Source: an uncultured virus (IMG/VR IMGVR_UViG_3300032322_001263)
Lineage: Duplodnaviria; Heunggongvirae; Uroviricota; Caudoviricetes
Virus record (IMG/VR): IMGVR_UViG_3300032322_001263
DNA: 64,000 nucleotides
Direction: 5' to 3' (one strand)
Positions 8,630 through 16,751 of the stretch are shown here, one piece after another. Every line of letters begins with the position of its first letter. Within the stretch, counting starts at the first letter, position 1. Both the position numbers and the translations under genes were made by a program. Below the pieces are notes generated by a model that was given only the letters and a program-made list of their open reading frames with translations, was not told the origin of the DNA and searched no databases.

Positions 8630-8845
8630 ATGAAAATCTTTACTCTCACCTCAGGGCGACAGATTGAAAAAGATGCTTCTTTCTGCGTTGCAGTTAAATG
8701 CAACGGCAGATGGAATCACAAGTGGTTTAAGTCAAGACATGGCGCAGATAACGAGATAAAATTTCTTCGGTCTGCTAGTAAAAGTACAAACGCTTACTAC
8801 GGGATCGAAGACTTCAGGCTTATCAAACCAGATAGCGTCCTCTAG
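8630..8845 (+). CDS. hypothetical early protein
   Basis: ATG 8630 in track ORF 8504-8845. Confidence 0.55.
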   Translation: MKIFTLTSGRQIEKDASFCVAVKCNGRWNHKWFKSRHGADNEIKFLRSASKSTNAYYGIEDFRLIKPDSVL

Positions 8846-8865
8846 CTTGCCCCCAGAGATTCACC

Positions 8866-8902
8866 AGCCCCCTCCAGTTGCTCCTGGAAGGGGCTTTCTT
8901 TG
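8866..8902 (+). terminator. intrinsic terminator
   Basis: AGCCCCCTCCAG...CTGGAAGGGGCT followed by TTCTTT. Confidence 0.75.
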
Positions 8903-9031
8903 TGCTTGGCTAGGGATAGGCGCGGGAGACGGTTGAGGCACCTTCAGGGCGATTCTTGGAGCCGTTGAAGAAAGCGGCGATTCAGGTTAGATTCATGCAC
9001 TTTCACAGTTACTTTTCATAAAGGAACTCCG

Positions 9032-9514
9032 ATGGCAAAGATCCCAACGACAGAACATTTTAGTTTGGCTGAAGTTGAACGTAGACTGAAAGGCGCAAAG
9101 GAACACTTACAAAGATCCAAGACCCAACGTATTCTTTTTCTGGCGCCGAAAGATAAAGTTCTTCCTTTCATTGAACTGGAAGGCTACAACTGTTTGAACG
9201 AGTACAACTTTGTAGATTCAGTTTCCTTAACTGAAGAGCTTATTAGGAAGTGCATTAAAGACAACCGATCACTTTTTGTTGGCGATGAGTTTGAGTTTTT
9301 CAGTGTGCATGATTATGCGGTTGAGTTCTACGATCAACTTAAGACGCTGTTCTCTTGTACTTCAATGTGCTTTGTAAACAAGCATAATGAGATTGACTTT
9401 AAGAATGTAGTTTGTTTAGGAAGCTTACATCATGCGCCACGGATTCTTTATCGAGCAGGCGGAAAAACAACTTTCCTGTTTGATAAGCTGGCCAGTTACG
9501 ATGACCTGCAGTAA
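9032..9514 (+). CDS. hypothetical protein
   Basis: 160-aa ORF with AAGGA upstream. Confidence 0.65.
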   Translation: MAKIPTTEHFSLAEVERRLKGAKEHLQRSKTQRILFLAPKDKVLPFIELEGYNCLNEYNFVDSVSLTEELIRKCIKDNRSLFVGDEFEFFSVHDYAVEFYDQLKTLFSCTSMCFVNKHNEIDFKNVVCLGSLHHAPRILYRAGGKTTFLFDKLASYDDLQ

Positions 9515-9543
9515 GTTAAGTTTGAAATCAATCAGACTTTGAC

Positions 9544-9610
9544 TTGACATACCACTGTAAATGGTGTATAATGTATGTATGCAGCGGGAGGTGTAACAAC
9601 TTTCCTGCTG
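9544..9610 (+). promoter_or_regulatory. early promoter/stem-loop repeat copy R6
   Basis: TTGACA 9544-9549, TATAAT 9567-9572, hairpin CAGCGGGAGGT...ACTTTCCTGCTG. Confidence 0.9.
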
Positions 9611-9639
9611 TTAGTTAAAACCACAACTTTCTTTTTTCA

Positions 9640-9855
9640 ATGAAAGACTTTCTCTTTTCGCTTGGCTTCAGTTTTGCTTGCTTTAGTTCGGCCGGAGTTG
9701 TGGCCTACGGGGTTTCTTATCCCCTAAACGACGCTCTTAACGCAACATCGCAGATAATTTGTGCTAACAGCAAGGACAGGGCTCTTATGCACTACGAAGA
9801 TGCTTTCTTTGTTAATCAAACAAGGATTGCTTGCGTAGAGCGCAAGTACCTTTAG
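9640..9855 (+). CDS. small protein with N-terminal hydrophobic segment
   Basis: FLFSLGFSFACFSSAGVVAYGV hydrophobic stretch. Confidence 0.6.
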   Translation: MKDFLFSLGFSFACFSSAGVVAYGVSYPLNDALNATSQIICANSKDRALMHYEDAFFVNQTRIACVERKYL

Positions 9856-9887
9856 TTCGCTTTCACTTTCCCATTGCTTTCAAGACA

Positions 9888-10181
9888 ATGTTTGCAGTTC
9901 ACTCTGGTAGCGGTTTTCAGGTTACCTTCACCAATGGATACCAAGTATCCGTAATGTTCGGAGCCAACAATTACTGTGAAAAAAGACACACGCCAGATGA
10001 CGGCAAGAGTTTTCGCACAAGTGAAGACTGTGAAGTTGCAGTCCTTCTTGGAGACGAGTTCGTAACCGAAAAGTTTGATGCCGTTGGGCACAAGGTTGAT
10101 TTCACAGGAATGGTTGCAGGCTGGGTTACTCCAAACGAAGTTGCAGCCTTAATGGCGGAGGTTGCTAGTTACAAAGGATGA
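9888..10181 (+). CDS. conserved phage hypothetical protein (FxNGYxVSV motif)
   Basis: ATG 9888. Confidence 0.65.
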   Translation: MFAVHSGSGFQVTFTNGYQVSVMFGANNYCEKRHTPDDGKSFRTSEDCEVAVLLGDEFVTEKFDAVGHKVDFTGMVAGWVTPNEVAALMAEVASYKG

Positions 10182-10234
10182 TTACCTGTCCTGAGCATGA
10201 CATTAAACTGCTACTTCCCAATTGCAACTTTCTA

Positions 10235-10555
10235 ATGACTGAACGAATTACGATCACAGTTACAAGTTCCGGTTCCTACGATTATTACGAAGAGTCGGTT
10301 ATGCTAGACGGAAAGAAAATTGGATTCATCTACTGCGATCTTGAAACTGTTCAACCTTCTCTGTATTCTATTGCTAGAGGTTACAGACCAACTCTTCGTT
10401 CGCGAGGCGATTATTATTTTACTGCTTTGCGACACCCAGGGGAGCCGGATGAGCATTTTAATTCAGGTAAGTTCTGCGGTTATGCAGTCACACTCGCCGG
10501 AGCGCATAACTTGGCGCAAGCCTATGCAAATTACTTAATCAAGAGGGGCTTTTAG
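10235..10555 (+). CDS. hypothetical early protein
   Basis: ORF; start 10235 or 10178. Confidence 0.6.
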   Translation: MTERITITVTSSGSYDYYEESVMLDGKKIGFIYCDLETVQPSLYSIARGYRPTLRSRGDYYFTALRHPGEPDEHFNSGKFCGYAVTLAGAHNLAQAYANYLIKRGF

Positions 10556-10556
10556 C

Positions 10557-10724
10557 ATGAAATCAGTTAAGTGCTACCAAGTTGGTAACAGCGCAATTGA
10601 TGTTGTCAGACATGACGGCAGACTTTACGCTCGCATTATTGAGTGCAACAGATTAGTTGCAACGCATGGCCCATACGCAAGCATGGGTCTTTTACAAGAA
10701 GAAATTCAACTGATGTATTCCTAA
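10557..10724 (+). CDS. small hypothetical protein (55 aa; not in track)
   Basis: Manual translation MKSVKCYQVG...; fills the gap, TAATG overlap with next gene. Confidence 0.5.
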   Translation: MKSVKCYQVGNSAIDVVRHDGRLYARIIECNRLVATHGPYASMGLLQEEIQLMYS

Positions 10725-10954
10725 TGGAACCACTTACTTGGCATCAATGGAAAGCAGCCAAAAGAGAGGTTGCTCTTAGAAACCATTCTTCGCACATAAT
10801 GCAAAGAAAAGGTTACTTAACTGGACTAGCACTCTGCGGATTAAAAAATCCATTAGTTCAGGTTGCATTTGACAAGAGAGACGACCCCGTTAATAAGTGC
10901 TGTAAAAAGTGTAAAAAGATTGCAGACAAACTTTCACAAACTGAGGATTTTTAA
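10724..10954 (+). CDS. small Cys/His protein (H...CG...CCKKC), possible Zn-binding
   Basis: ATG 10724 in track ORF. Confidence 0.55.
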   Translation: MEPLTWHQWKAAKREVALRNHSSHIMQRKGYLTGLALCGLKNPLVQVAFDKRDDPVNKCCKKCKKIADKLSQTEDF

Positions 10955-10955
10955 A

Positions 10956-11168
10956 ATGTGCCCTTACGGTACTTATCAGCGGGCGTTAGCCTCTGCTAAG
11001 CTTTCGATTGCTGCGGCAATCAGTGATCCTGCTAAGTTTGAAGCAGCAATGCTTACGAGACTTAGCAAGAAGGGAAAGTTAGATGAAGTCTTTCTGAAGC
11101 GCTTCCTTGCTTCTGCAAGAGAACACCTTAAGAAAGACTTTGAACTGATGAATATGTTTCGTCTTTAG
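10956..11168 (+). CDS. hypothetical protein
   Basis: ATG 10956 in track ORF. Confidence 0.55.
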   Translation: MCPYGTYQRALASAKLSIAAAISDPAKFEAAMLTRLSKKGKLDEVFLKRFLASAREHLKKDFELMNMFRL

Positions 11169-11189
11169 TTTTTAATTTCATACTTGTTT

Positions 11190-11222
11190 AGCTCGCTGGG
11201 TTTCCTGGCGAGCTTTCTTTTT
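11190..11222 (+). terminator. intrinsic terminator ending the early region
   Basis: AGCTCGCTGGG-TTT-CCTGGCGAGCT followed by TTCTTTTT. Confidence 0.8.
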
Positions 11223-11258
11223 GCTTTCTGCTAAGCTTTCCTTAGTCGCCCTTCAATC

Positions 11259-11900
11259 TTGATCAACGAAGTTACCGAAAACGAATTTGATTTAGATACG
11301 GACTCTGAAGATAGTTATTCCTTGCAACATTTAGACTCTGTTGTCGCGCCAGACTACGACGCCATCTTAAATAGATCCTCCGCTGATAAATCATACTTGA
11401 TTAGGAACGGAGGTGCTGCCTCTGAAAATCAAAAAGAATATGAAATATTTAAATTTTACTTAAAGTCGGGTTTGGGTAGATCAACATCATATATATCGAC
11501 CATCTATAATTTAACAGATAATTCAGTCCGCAAAATAGCTAAACGTAACTACTGGGAACAAAGAGCTGCAGACTACGATATAGATATGCTTGCTGAGAAA
11601 CTTAAGTTGGAACAAGATAGCAGGGCGACAGAGCATAAACGTAGACTAGAGAACTACCGACAGGAGCAGGAGTTCCTTGGGAGAAGTCTATCAGCCAATG
11701 CTGCCAAACTTGCAGCACTATCACAACGTACATTAGATACATACATAGATGACCCACAAAGAGTTGTAGATATGCGTGATATACCAGGCCTACTTAACAG
11801 CGCTGCAAAGTTAGCTGAAGTGGGCAAGAGTTTACAGTCTGGAGCACTTGGCGTTGAACAACTGTTAGTTGCATTAGAGGAAGCAGATGTTGATGAGTAA
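11259..11900 (+). CDS. putative terminase small subunit-like HTH protein
   Basis: E..K.Y..F..YL..G.GRS...W..RAA.YD motif typical of a TerS-like family, followed by coiled coil. Confidence 0.55.
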   Translation: MINEVTENEFDLDTDSEDSYSLQHLDSVVAPDYDAILNRSSADKSYLIRNGGAASENQKEYEIFKFYLKSGLGRSTSYISTIYNLTDNSVRKIAKRNYWEQRAADYDIDMLAEKLKLEQDSRATEHKRRLENYRQEQEFLGRSLSANAAKLAALSQRTLDTYIDDPQRVVDMRDIPGLLNSAAKLAEVGKSLQSGALGVEQLLVALEEADVDE

Positions 11901-12241
11901 TTTGCTTGCAAGTTATGAATTGATGAGTAGCTTAGTTGGCAGGTACTTTAAGTTCATTGATACGTTACGATGAATGAAAGGCGCGAGGCGAAGTGGCAAT
12001 TGCAATTTAGTTTGGCGCGACCACGAAGGCTCTCACAGAATAGCCTTTCAAGCGTTCTTGAGATCCCTTCCAGCGCAGTCGATCTCAGCGGTCACTTTTA
12101 CTATGGTTCAGTGATAGAATTCAGCGGTAGACAGGGACTCTCGGTAAGTCTTACTTGAGTCTAGGGCACTCAAAACCTGTCTGATTTACCTGCAAACTTA
12201 CCTTTTCGCCTGTTTCTTGTTTATCCATTCCATTCATTTAT

Positions 12242-12646
12242 ATGATTGAAACATTCAACGCAAAACTACGTCCAAGCGAAGATAAGCTTAGACAGCTTAT
12301 CGTAAAAAGAAAACAACATGGTTTGTCGCCATACGATCTTATGTTGCTTGGGTACCTAATTAGACTTTCACAAGACAGGATTTACATTAAATACTCGCTA
12401 GGCTTCCTGGCAGAAACATTAGATGAACCATACAGTAAAGTTGCAGCATCCATTCATAAGTTCAAGGAGCTTGACTTAGTTAAGAAGATAACATTCAAGA
12501 TAAGAGGCGTAGAAAAGTATAAGTCAACAGACGGAAGCGGGCTGATAGTTTCACCGTTTCTTGTTAATCCTGGCAATCTTAAAAGAAGGGCGCTTAAGGT
12601 TAAAGTATGGAATGAAGGCAAGGCTAAGCTGGGCATTGAAAGTTAG
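12242..12646 (+). CDS. winged-helix DNA-binding protein (RepL-like appearance)
   Basis: LAETL..PYSKVAASIHKFKELDLVKK HTH, then a VSPFLVNPG wing. Confidence 0.55.
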   Translation: MIETFNAKLRPSEDKLRQLIVKRKQHGLSPYDLMLLGYLIRLSQDRIYIKYSLGFLAETLDEPYSKVAASIHKFKELDLVKKITFKIRGVEKYKSTDGSGLIVSPFLVNPGNLKRRALKVKVWNEGKAKLGIES

Positions 12647-12970
12647 CATTCATTCATAGCATTCACATTCAACATTCATTCACTGCATTCATTCATTCAT
12701 AACATTCATTCACCGTATTCATTCGTTGCATTCATTTGCTGCATTCATAAACCGCATTCATTCATTGCACTCATTCATGCCACACACTTACATTCATTCA
12801 AGACATTCATTGCATTCATACTTAGTTAGCATTTGTACTTACTTACATGCCATACTTACTTACATGTTACACTTACTTGCACGCTGTACTTACCTATGCT
12901 TTGCACTTAGTTACCACCACTGTTTAGCTTAGTCTTACTGTAGTAAAACTTACATTTTAGACTTACTTCG
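12647..12970. repeat. low-complexity tract: (CATT)n grading into (T)ACTTAC repeats
   Basis: Many CATT/CATTCATT units at 12647-12820; ACTTA/TACTTAC units at 12820-12968. Confidence 0.9.
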
Positions 12971-13042
12971 TGCGCCTGTTTACACCTTAAAGTGTTAGTT
13001 ACAGTCGAGCGACTTAGTTAAACTATATCAATGGTAATCCTT

Positions 13043-13295
13043 GAATGTTACTTAAGGACTTGGCCGATATAGTTAACACAAGCAACTTACTAAATGTTAC
13101 TTAGCAACTTAGTTGATATAAATGTTACTTAACGAGTTGACTGATATAGTTAACACAAGCAACTTACTAAATGTTACCGAAGGACTTAGTTGATATAGTT
13201 AAAAGAAAGAGATTGCTAAATGTTACTTAGCAAGTTGGCTGATATAGTTAAACTAATGCAATCGTTAAATGTTGCTGAACAACTTAGTTTGTATA
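13043..13295. repeat. 49-bp bipartite tandem repeat (about 6 units)
   Basis: AAATGTTAC-N14-GATATAGTTAA-N15 starting at 13043, 13092 (truncated), 13120, 13169, 13218, 13267 (degenerate). Confidence 0.85.
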
Positions 13296-13494
13296 AGCTG
13301 ATGCTGTAACTTATACTTGACAGCTAAATTGTTATTTTTAAGGCCTGGCCCATGCTGACAATACATAAGCTATTCTGATCGTTCAATTCTGCAAACTAGC
13401 CACGGGGCCACCTTTCTGTCGCCTATGATTCGGGGGAAGCGACAGCCCTAGGGTGATCGCTTCCAACTTAAAACCACAACTTTAGGATTCGACC

Positions 13495-14151
13495 ATGGCC
13501 AACAACAACGGCAACAACAACGGCAACAACAGCAACCCTTCCTTAGAAGACTTGCTAAGGATGGCAATGGAAGAGGCCACAGCAAGCCCTAGCAGCGGCA
13601 GCAGGATGGCACGCCCTAAGGATGGCCCCGTGGCCCCGTCCGCATGGGTCGCTGGCCTTCCTGAGTCTGATCAGGTCGTAATGATGGCGGCAGGATGGCA
13701 AGACTGCCCTGGCAGCTTTAAGCACACCGCAGGAAAGGTCGTATTGCACCTGCCCGTACTGGCCAAACCCAAACAACAACCCTCTAAGGAAGGTAAGGTG
13801 CGCGGTGCATCAAGTTATGATGAGAAGACAGCGGCGAAGATGAAAGCGGAAAACAAAAAGACTGAAGATGCTAAGTATCAGCTTATCATAGCAATTGCTG
13901 CCACACTTAGCAGGGCTAACAACAGACTGTCAATGGTAGACTTATGCGCCATGGCACTATACTTTAACCTTCAGCATAAGGAAACTTGGAAGACAATGAT
14001 AGACAACGTAGCTACAAGATTGAACCTACCATTGGAAGTGAAGAACGGCATGATCTCGACTAGTGTTACAATCCCAACCCACAGTTGCCACACAATGTTT
14101 AGTCAAGTGGCGAACCTAGCCATTGCAGCCGGTCGTAACTTAGCTAGGTAA
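13495..14151 (+). CDS. hypothetical protein with Asn-rich N-terminus
   Basis: 218-aa ORF; preceded by TATGAT, a GGAAGCGA...TCGCTTCC hairpin and an AAAACCACAACTTT leader like that of R6. Confidence 0.7.
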   Translation: MANNNGNNNGNNSNPSLEDLLRMAMEEATASPSSGSRMARPKDGPVAPSAWVAGLPESDQVVMMAAGWQDCPGSFKHTAGKVVLHLPVLAKPKQQPSKEGKVRGASSYDEKTAAKMKAENKKTEDAKYQLIIAIAATLSRANNRLSMVDLCAMALYFNLQHKETWKTMIDNVATRLNLPLEVKNGMISTSVTIPTHSCHTMFSQVANLAIAAGRNLAR

Positions 14152-14213
14152 CTTATACTTAACCGGGGCAGACTTACCTGCCCCAACTCCCTTCCTCTTC
14201 CTACTTTCTCAAA

Positions 14214-14510
14214 ATGGAAACGCTCACTTTATCCGAACCTGCTAGCCTTCGTCGTGTTACTGATACTAGCGGGGTAGTGCCTATCTGCGATCCCCTGCAT
14301 TCTGCCGTACACTTTTTACATGCAAGCGGTGCGGACGGTTGCGCTAAGCATGAGACTTTCGCCGGCCATGTTTCAGTCACTGGTGTAGTAACACTAAGAG
14401 AATCTAGTCACGTAGAGTGGCTATCACATTGTGACTCAATACTGTTAATTGAACGTGTCATAAAAAGAGGGGGATTTATTCACTTCGGTAGTATTTATAT
14501 GGTTGATTAA
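14214..14510 (+). CDS. hypothetical protein
   Basis: 98-aa ORF flanked by related hairpins. Confidence 0.55.
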   Translation: METLTLSEPASLRRVTDTSGVVPICDPLHSAVHFLHASGADGCAKHETFAGHVSVTGVVTLRESSHVEWLSHCDSILLIERVIKRGGFIHFGSIYMVD

Positions 14511-14565
14511 GTTTATATAAACTGGGGGCAAACTTACTTGTCCCTAGTTTATAGTTACCGGGGGT

Positions 14566-14579
14566 AGTACGTCTGTACT
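14566..14579. promoter_or_regulatory. candidate cyanobacterial LexA box
   Basis: AGTAC-GTCT-GTACT fits the RGTAC-NNN-D-GTWCB consensus; intergenic. Confidence 0.4.
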
Positions 14580-14781
14580 GCCTCTTCCTGGCGTCCCCCT
14601 CCCCCCAAATATTTTTTCCCCATTCCAGCAACTTACCTACAAAGTAATCTCTCCACCTATATAGCTTCTTTTAAGTATAAACGTTAACTTTAATGAATCT
14701 CCGCAATTCCATTAACTCGCCTTAACCATCTACCAAGTATGCCTGCTAGGGTGGAATGGGCCTTCGGTTTTTAGCAAAGCT

Positions 14782-15201
14782 ATGGACCTCACCCCCTACG
14801 AGTTTTTCAAAAAACTCATCCCCCCCATCCAACAGGTACTAAAAGTCATGTCGATTCTTTCCGATCGCGTTATTGCTGCAGTTCAAAAGTTCCTGTCCGA
14901 TAAAGCGAGCCTGAAGCAAGAACTGGCACAAGTCAAGGAGCGGCTTGCTACTGCACTTGCCAATGATGTCGCCGATGCAGAGTCCATTGCTGCTGCTCAG
15001 GCTGAGGCTGCTGCTGCTGTAGAGGCTGCTGCTGCTGCTGTCGCCAAGGTGGCTGAGCTTCAAATGTTGGCCGATGCTGACGTTGTTGAAGACGAAGTGA
15101 TCAACGCTGCTCTGGATTCCGCAGAGGTCGAAGACTCCCTAGAGGTCGAAGACTCCCTGGAGGCCGAGGAGGTTGTTGCTGACGAGAGCGATCCTGCCTG
15201 A
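14782..15201 (+). CDS. Ala/Glu-rich coiled-coil protein (start may be 14848)
   Basis: Low-complexity helical ORF upstream of terL. Confidence 0.65.
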   Translation: MDLTPYEFFKKLIPPIQQVLKVMSILSDRVIAAVQKFLSDKASLKQELAQVKERLATALANDVADAESIAAAQAEAAAAVEAAAAAVAKVAELQMLADADVVEDEVINAALDSAEVEDSLEVEDSLEAEEVVADESDPA

Positions 15202-15245
15202 AGGTAGGACTGGCGCAAGCAAGTAACTTACCTATAAGTTATGAA

Positions 15246-15275
15246 GGCCCTCAGCCAAGCGGTTGGGGGCTTTTT
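15246..15275 (+). terminator. intrinsic terminator
   Basis: GGCCCTCAGCC-AAGC-GGTTGGGGGCT plus T-tract. Confidence 0.7.
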
Positions 15276-15311
15276 GCTGCTATTCTTTTGTTATCAGCTT
15301 ACTGCCTACCC

Positions 15312-16712
15312 GTGCCAGCAAAAAATCGAAGCAGCAGATATGCAGACAAAGCAGCACTGCAATCGTTAGGACTTTTTACGGATACTTCATTGCTACGCAA
15401 CGTTGCGAAGAGGGCTAACAACGGATTTAACTGCGATCACTGCGAAGCCAGGATTGTTTCAGATTTATTGCCGCATCAGCACGATTTTGTTACTGATTTC
15501 GACCATCGCATGGTTGCTTTATGCGGAGGATTTGGTAGCGGAAAGAGCTGGGCTGCTGTTGCTAAGACAGTTTTACTTTGCTTCAGAAGTCAGGGCTTTA
15601 CTCACCTATTTCTGGAGCCTACAATCCCAAACCTACGAGATATTGCCATTCCCGCCTGGGAGGCTTTGCTTGAAAAGTATTCGATTCCTTACGAATTCAA
15701 AAGCAGCCCACTGCCTGTTTACAAACTAAAGCTTCCGAAAGGTGATACACCAATACTTTTGCGTTCATTTGAGAACTACCAGCGATTGATCGGTGTAAAC
15801 GCTGCATCAATGATGGTTGACGAGATTGATACAGCTTCAACCCACATCGCCGAAGCTGCTATTATCAAGCTGCAAGGTCGTGTTCGCGTTGGTAATTGTC
15901 CACAACTTGGCTTTGCGTCCACGCCTGAAGGTCACAAATCTCTTTACAACCTATTCGTAAGGGAAGCATCAGACGAAAAAGCATTATACAAGGCGAGAAC
16001 GGAAGACAATCCTTTCCTAGATCCAGGTTTTATCCAGAACCTTAGGAATTCCTACCCGCCCAACCTGATTGAAGCCTATCTAAACGGTGAATTTGTTTCA
16101 CTCAACACCTCTCTCGTCTTTTACGAGTTTGACAGAGCCAAGCACAGTACAACTATTTTCTCTCCTCTCGCCGACGAAAGGATTATTTTTGGTGCAGACT
16201 TCAATATTGGCCGCAGTCAGTCCTGCTACGGCGTTATGCGCTCCGGTCCGCTGGGGCAAATGTTGCATGTATTTGACGAACATACTTGCGGAACAACATT
16301 TGATCTTGTCGAGCATTTGAAACGTCGTTTTCCGTCGCATTTGGCGAGGGGTTTAATTGTTTGCCACCCAGATGCAAGCGGAAGTCACGGCAGTACAAGC
16401 TCAACCCAAACCGATCACGACATTTTACGAAGCGCAGGGGTGCGTGTTATTGCAGAAAATCGCAATCCACCAGTTGCAGAGACTCTTGCTCACGCCAATA
16501 TGCACATTGCAGGCGGCAGCATACTCGTAAATCTTACAAATTGCGTTGAAACGGTGGATTCCCTGGAGCAATGGGCTTACGACGACAACTACAAGCCAGC
16601 AAAAGGCGGAAAGAATGATCGTTCTCACGCTGGAGATAGCTTTAGGTACTTGATTTGGCATACAATGCCACGCTCTTCGATGGCTTCAGGCCGAGGCCCA
16701 CGTTGGCGTTGA
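15312..16712 (+). CDS. terL: terminase large subunit
   Basis: Walker A GGFGSGKS, Walker B MMVDE, STPEG coupling motif, nuclease GADFN and HAGDSFRY; GTG 15312 preferred. Confidence 0.95.
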   Translation: MPAKNRSSRYADKAALQSLGLFTDTSLLRNVAKRANNGFNCDHCEARIVSDLLPHQHDFVTDFDHRMVALCGGFGSGKSWAAVAKTVLLCFRSQGFTHLFLEPTIPNLRDIAIPAWEALLEKYSIPYEFKSSPLPVYKLKLPKGDTPILLRSFENYQRLIGVNAASMMVDEIDTASTHIAEAAIIKLQGRVRVGNCPQLGFASTPEGHKSLYNLFVREASDEKALYKARTEDNPFLDPGFIQNLRNSYPPNLIEAYLNGEFVSLNTSLVFYEFDRAKHSTTIFSPLADERIIFGADFNIGRSQSCYGVMRSGPLGQMLHVFDEHTCGTTFDLVEHLKRRFPSHLARGLIVCHPDASGSHGSTSSTQTDHDILRSAGVRVIAENRNPPVAETLAHANMHIAGGSILVNLTNCVETVDSLEQWAYDDNYKPAKGGKNDRSHAGDSFRYLIWHTMPRSSMASGRGPRWR

Positions 16713-16751
16713 CGGTCCAGGGCTACACTGTTGCAGATTGCAGTAGAAACA

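Noticed and set aside
1024..9610. Integron with attC sites
   Set aside because: No tyrosine integrase in the window, and the repeats are promoters lacking the RYYYAAC/GTTRRRY attC ends
12726..12932. 68-aa His/Ser/Phe-rich ORF
   Set aside because: By-product of the CATT/ACTT microrepeats
13043..13295. CRISPR array
   Set aside because: No contiguous 23-47-bp conserved repeat, the variable parts are short and partly related to each other, and no cas operon is present
13300..13320. NtcA site
   Set aside because: GTA-N5-TAC spacing does not fit GTA-N8-TAC
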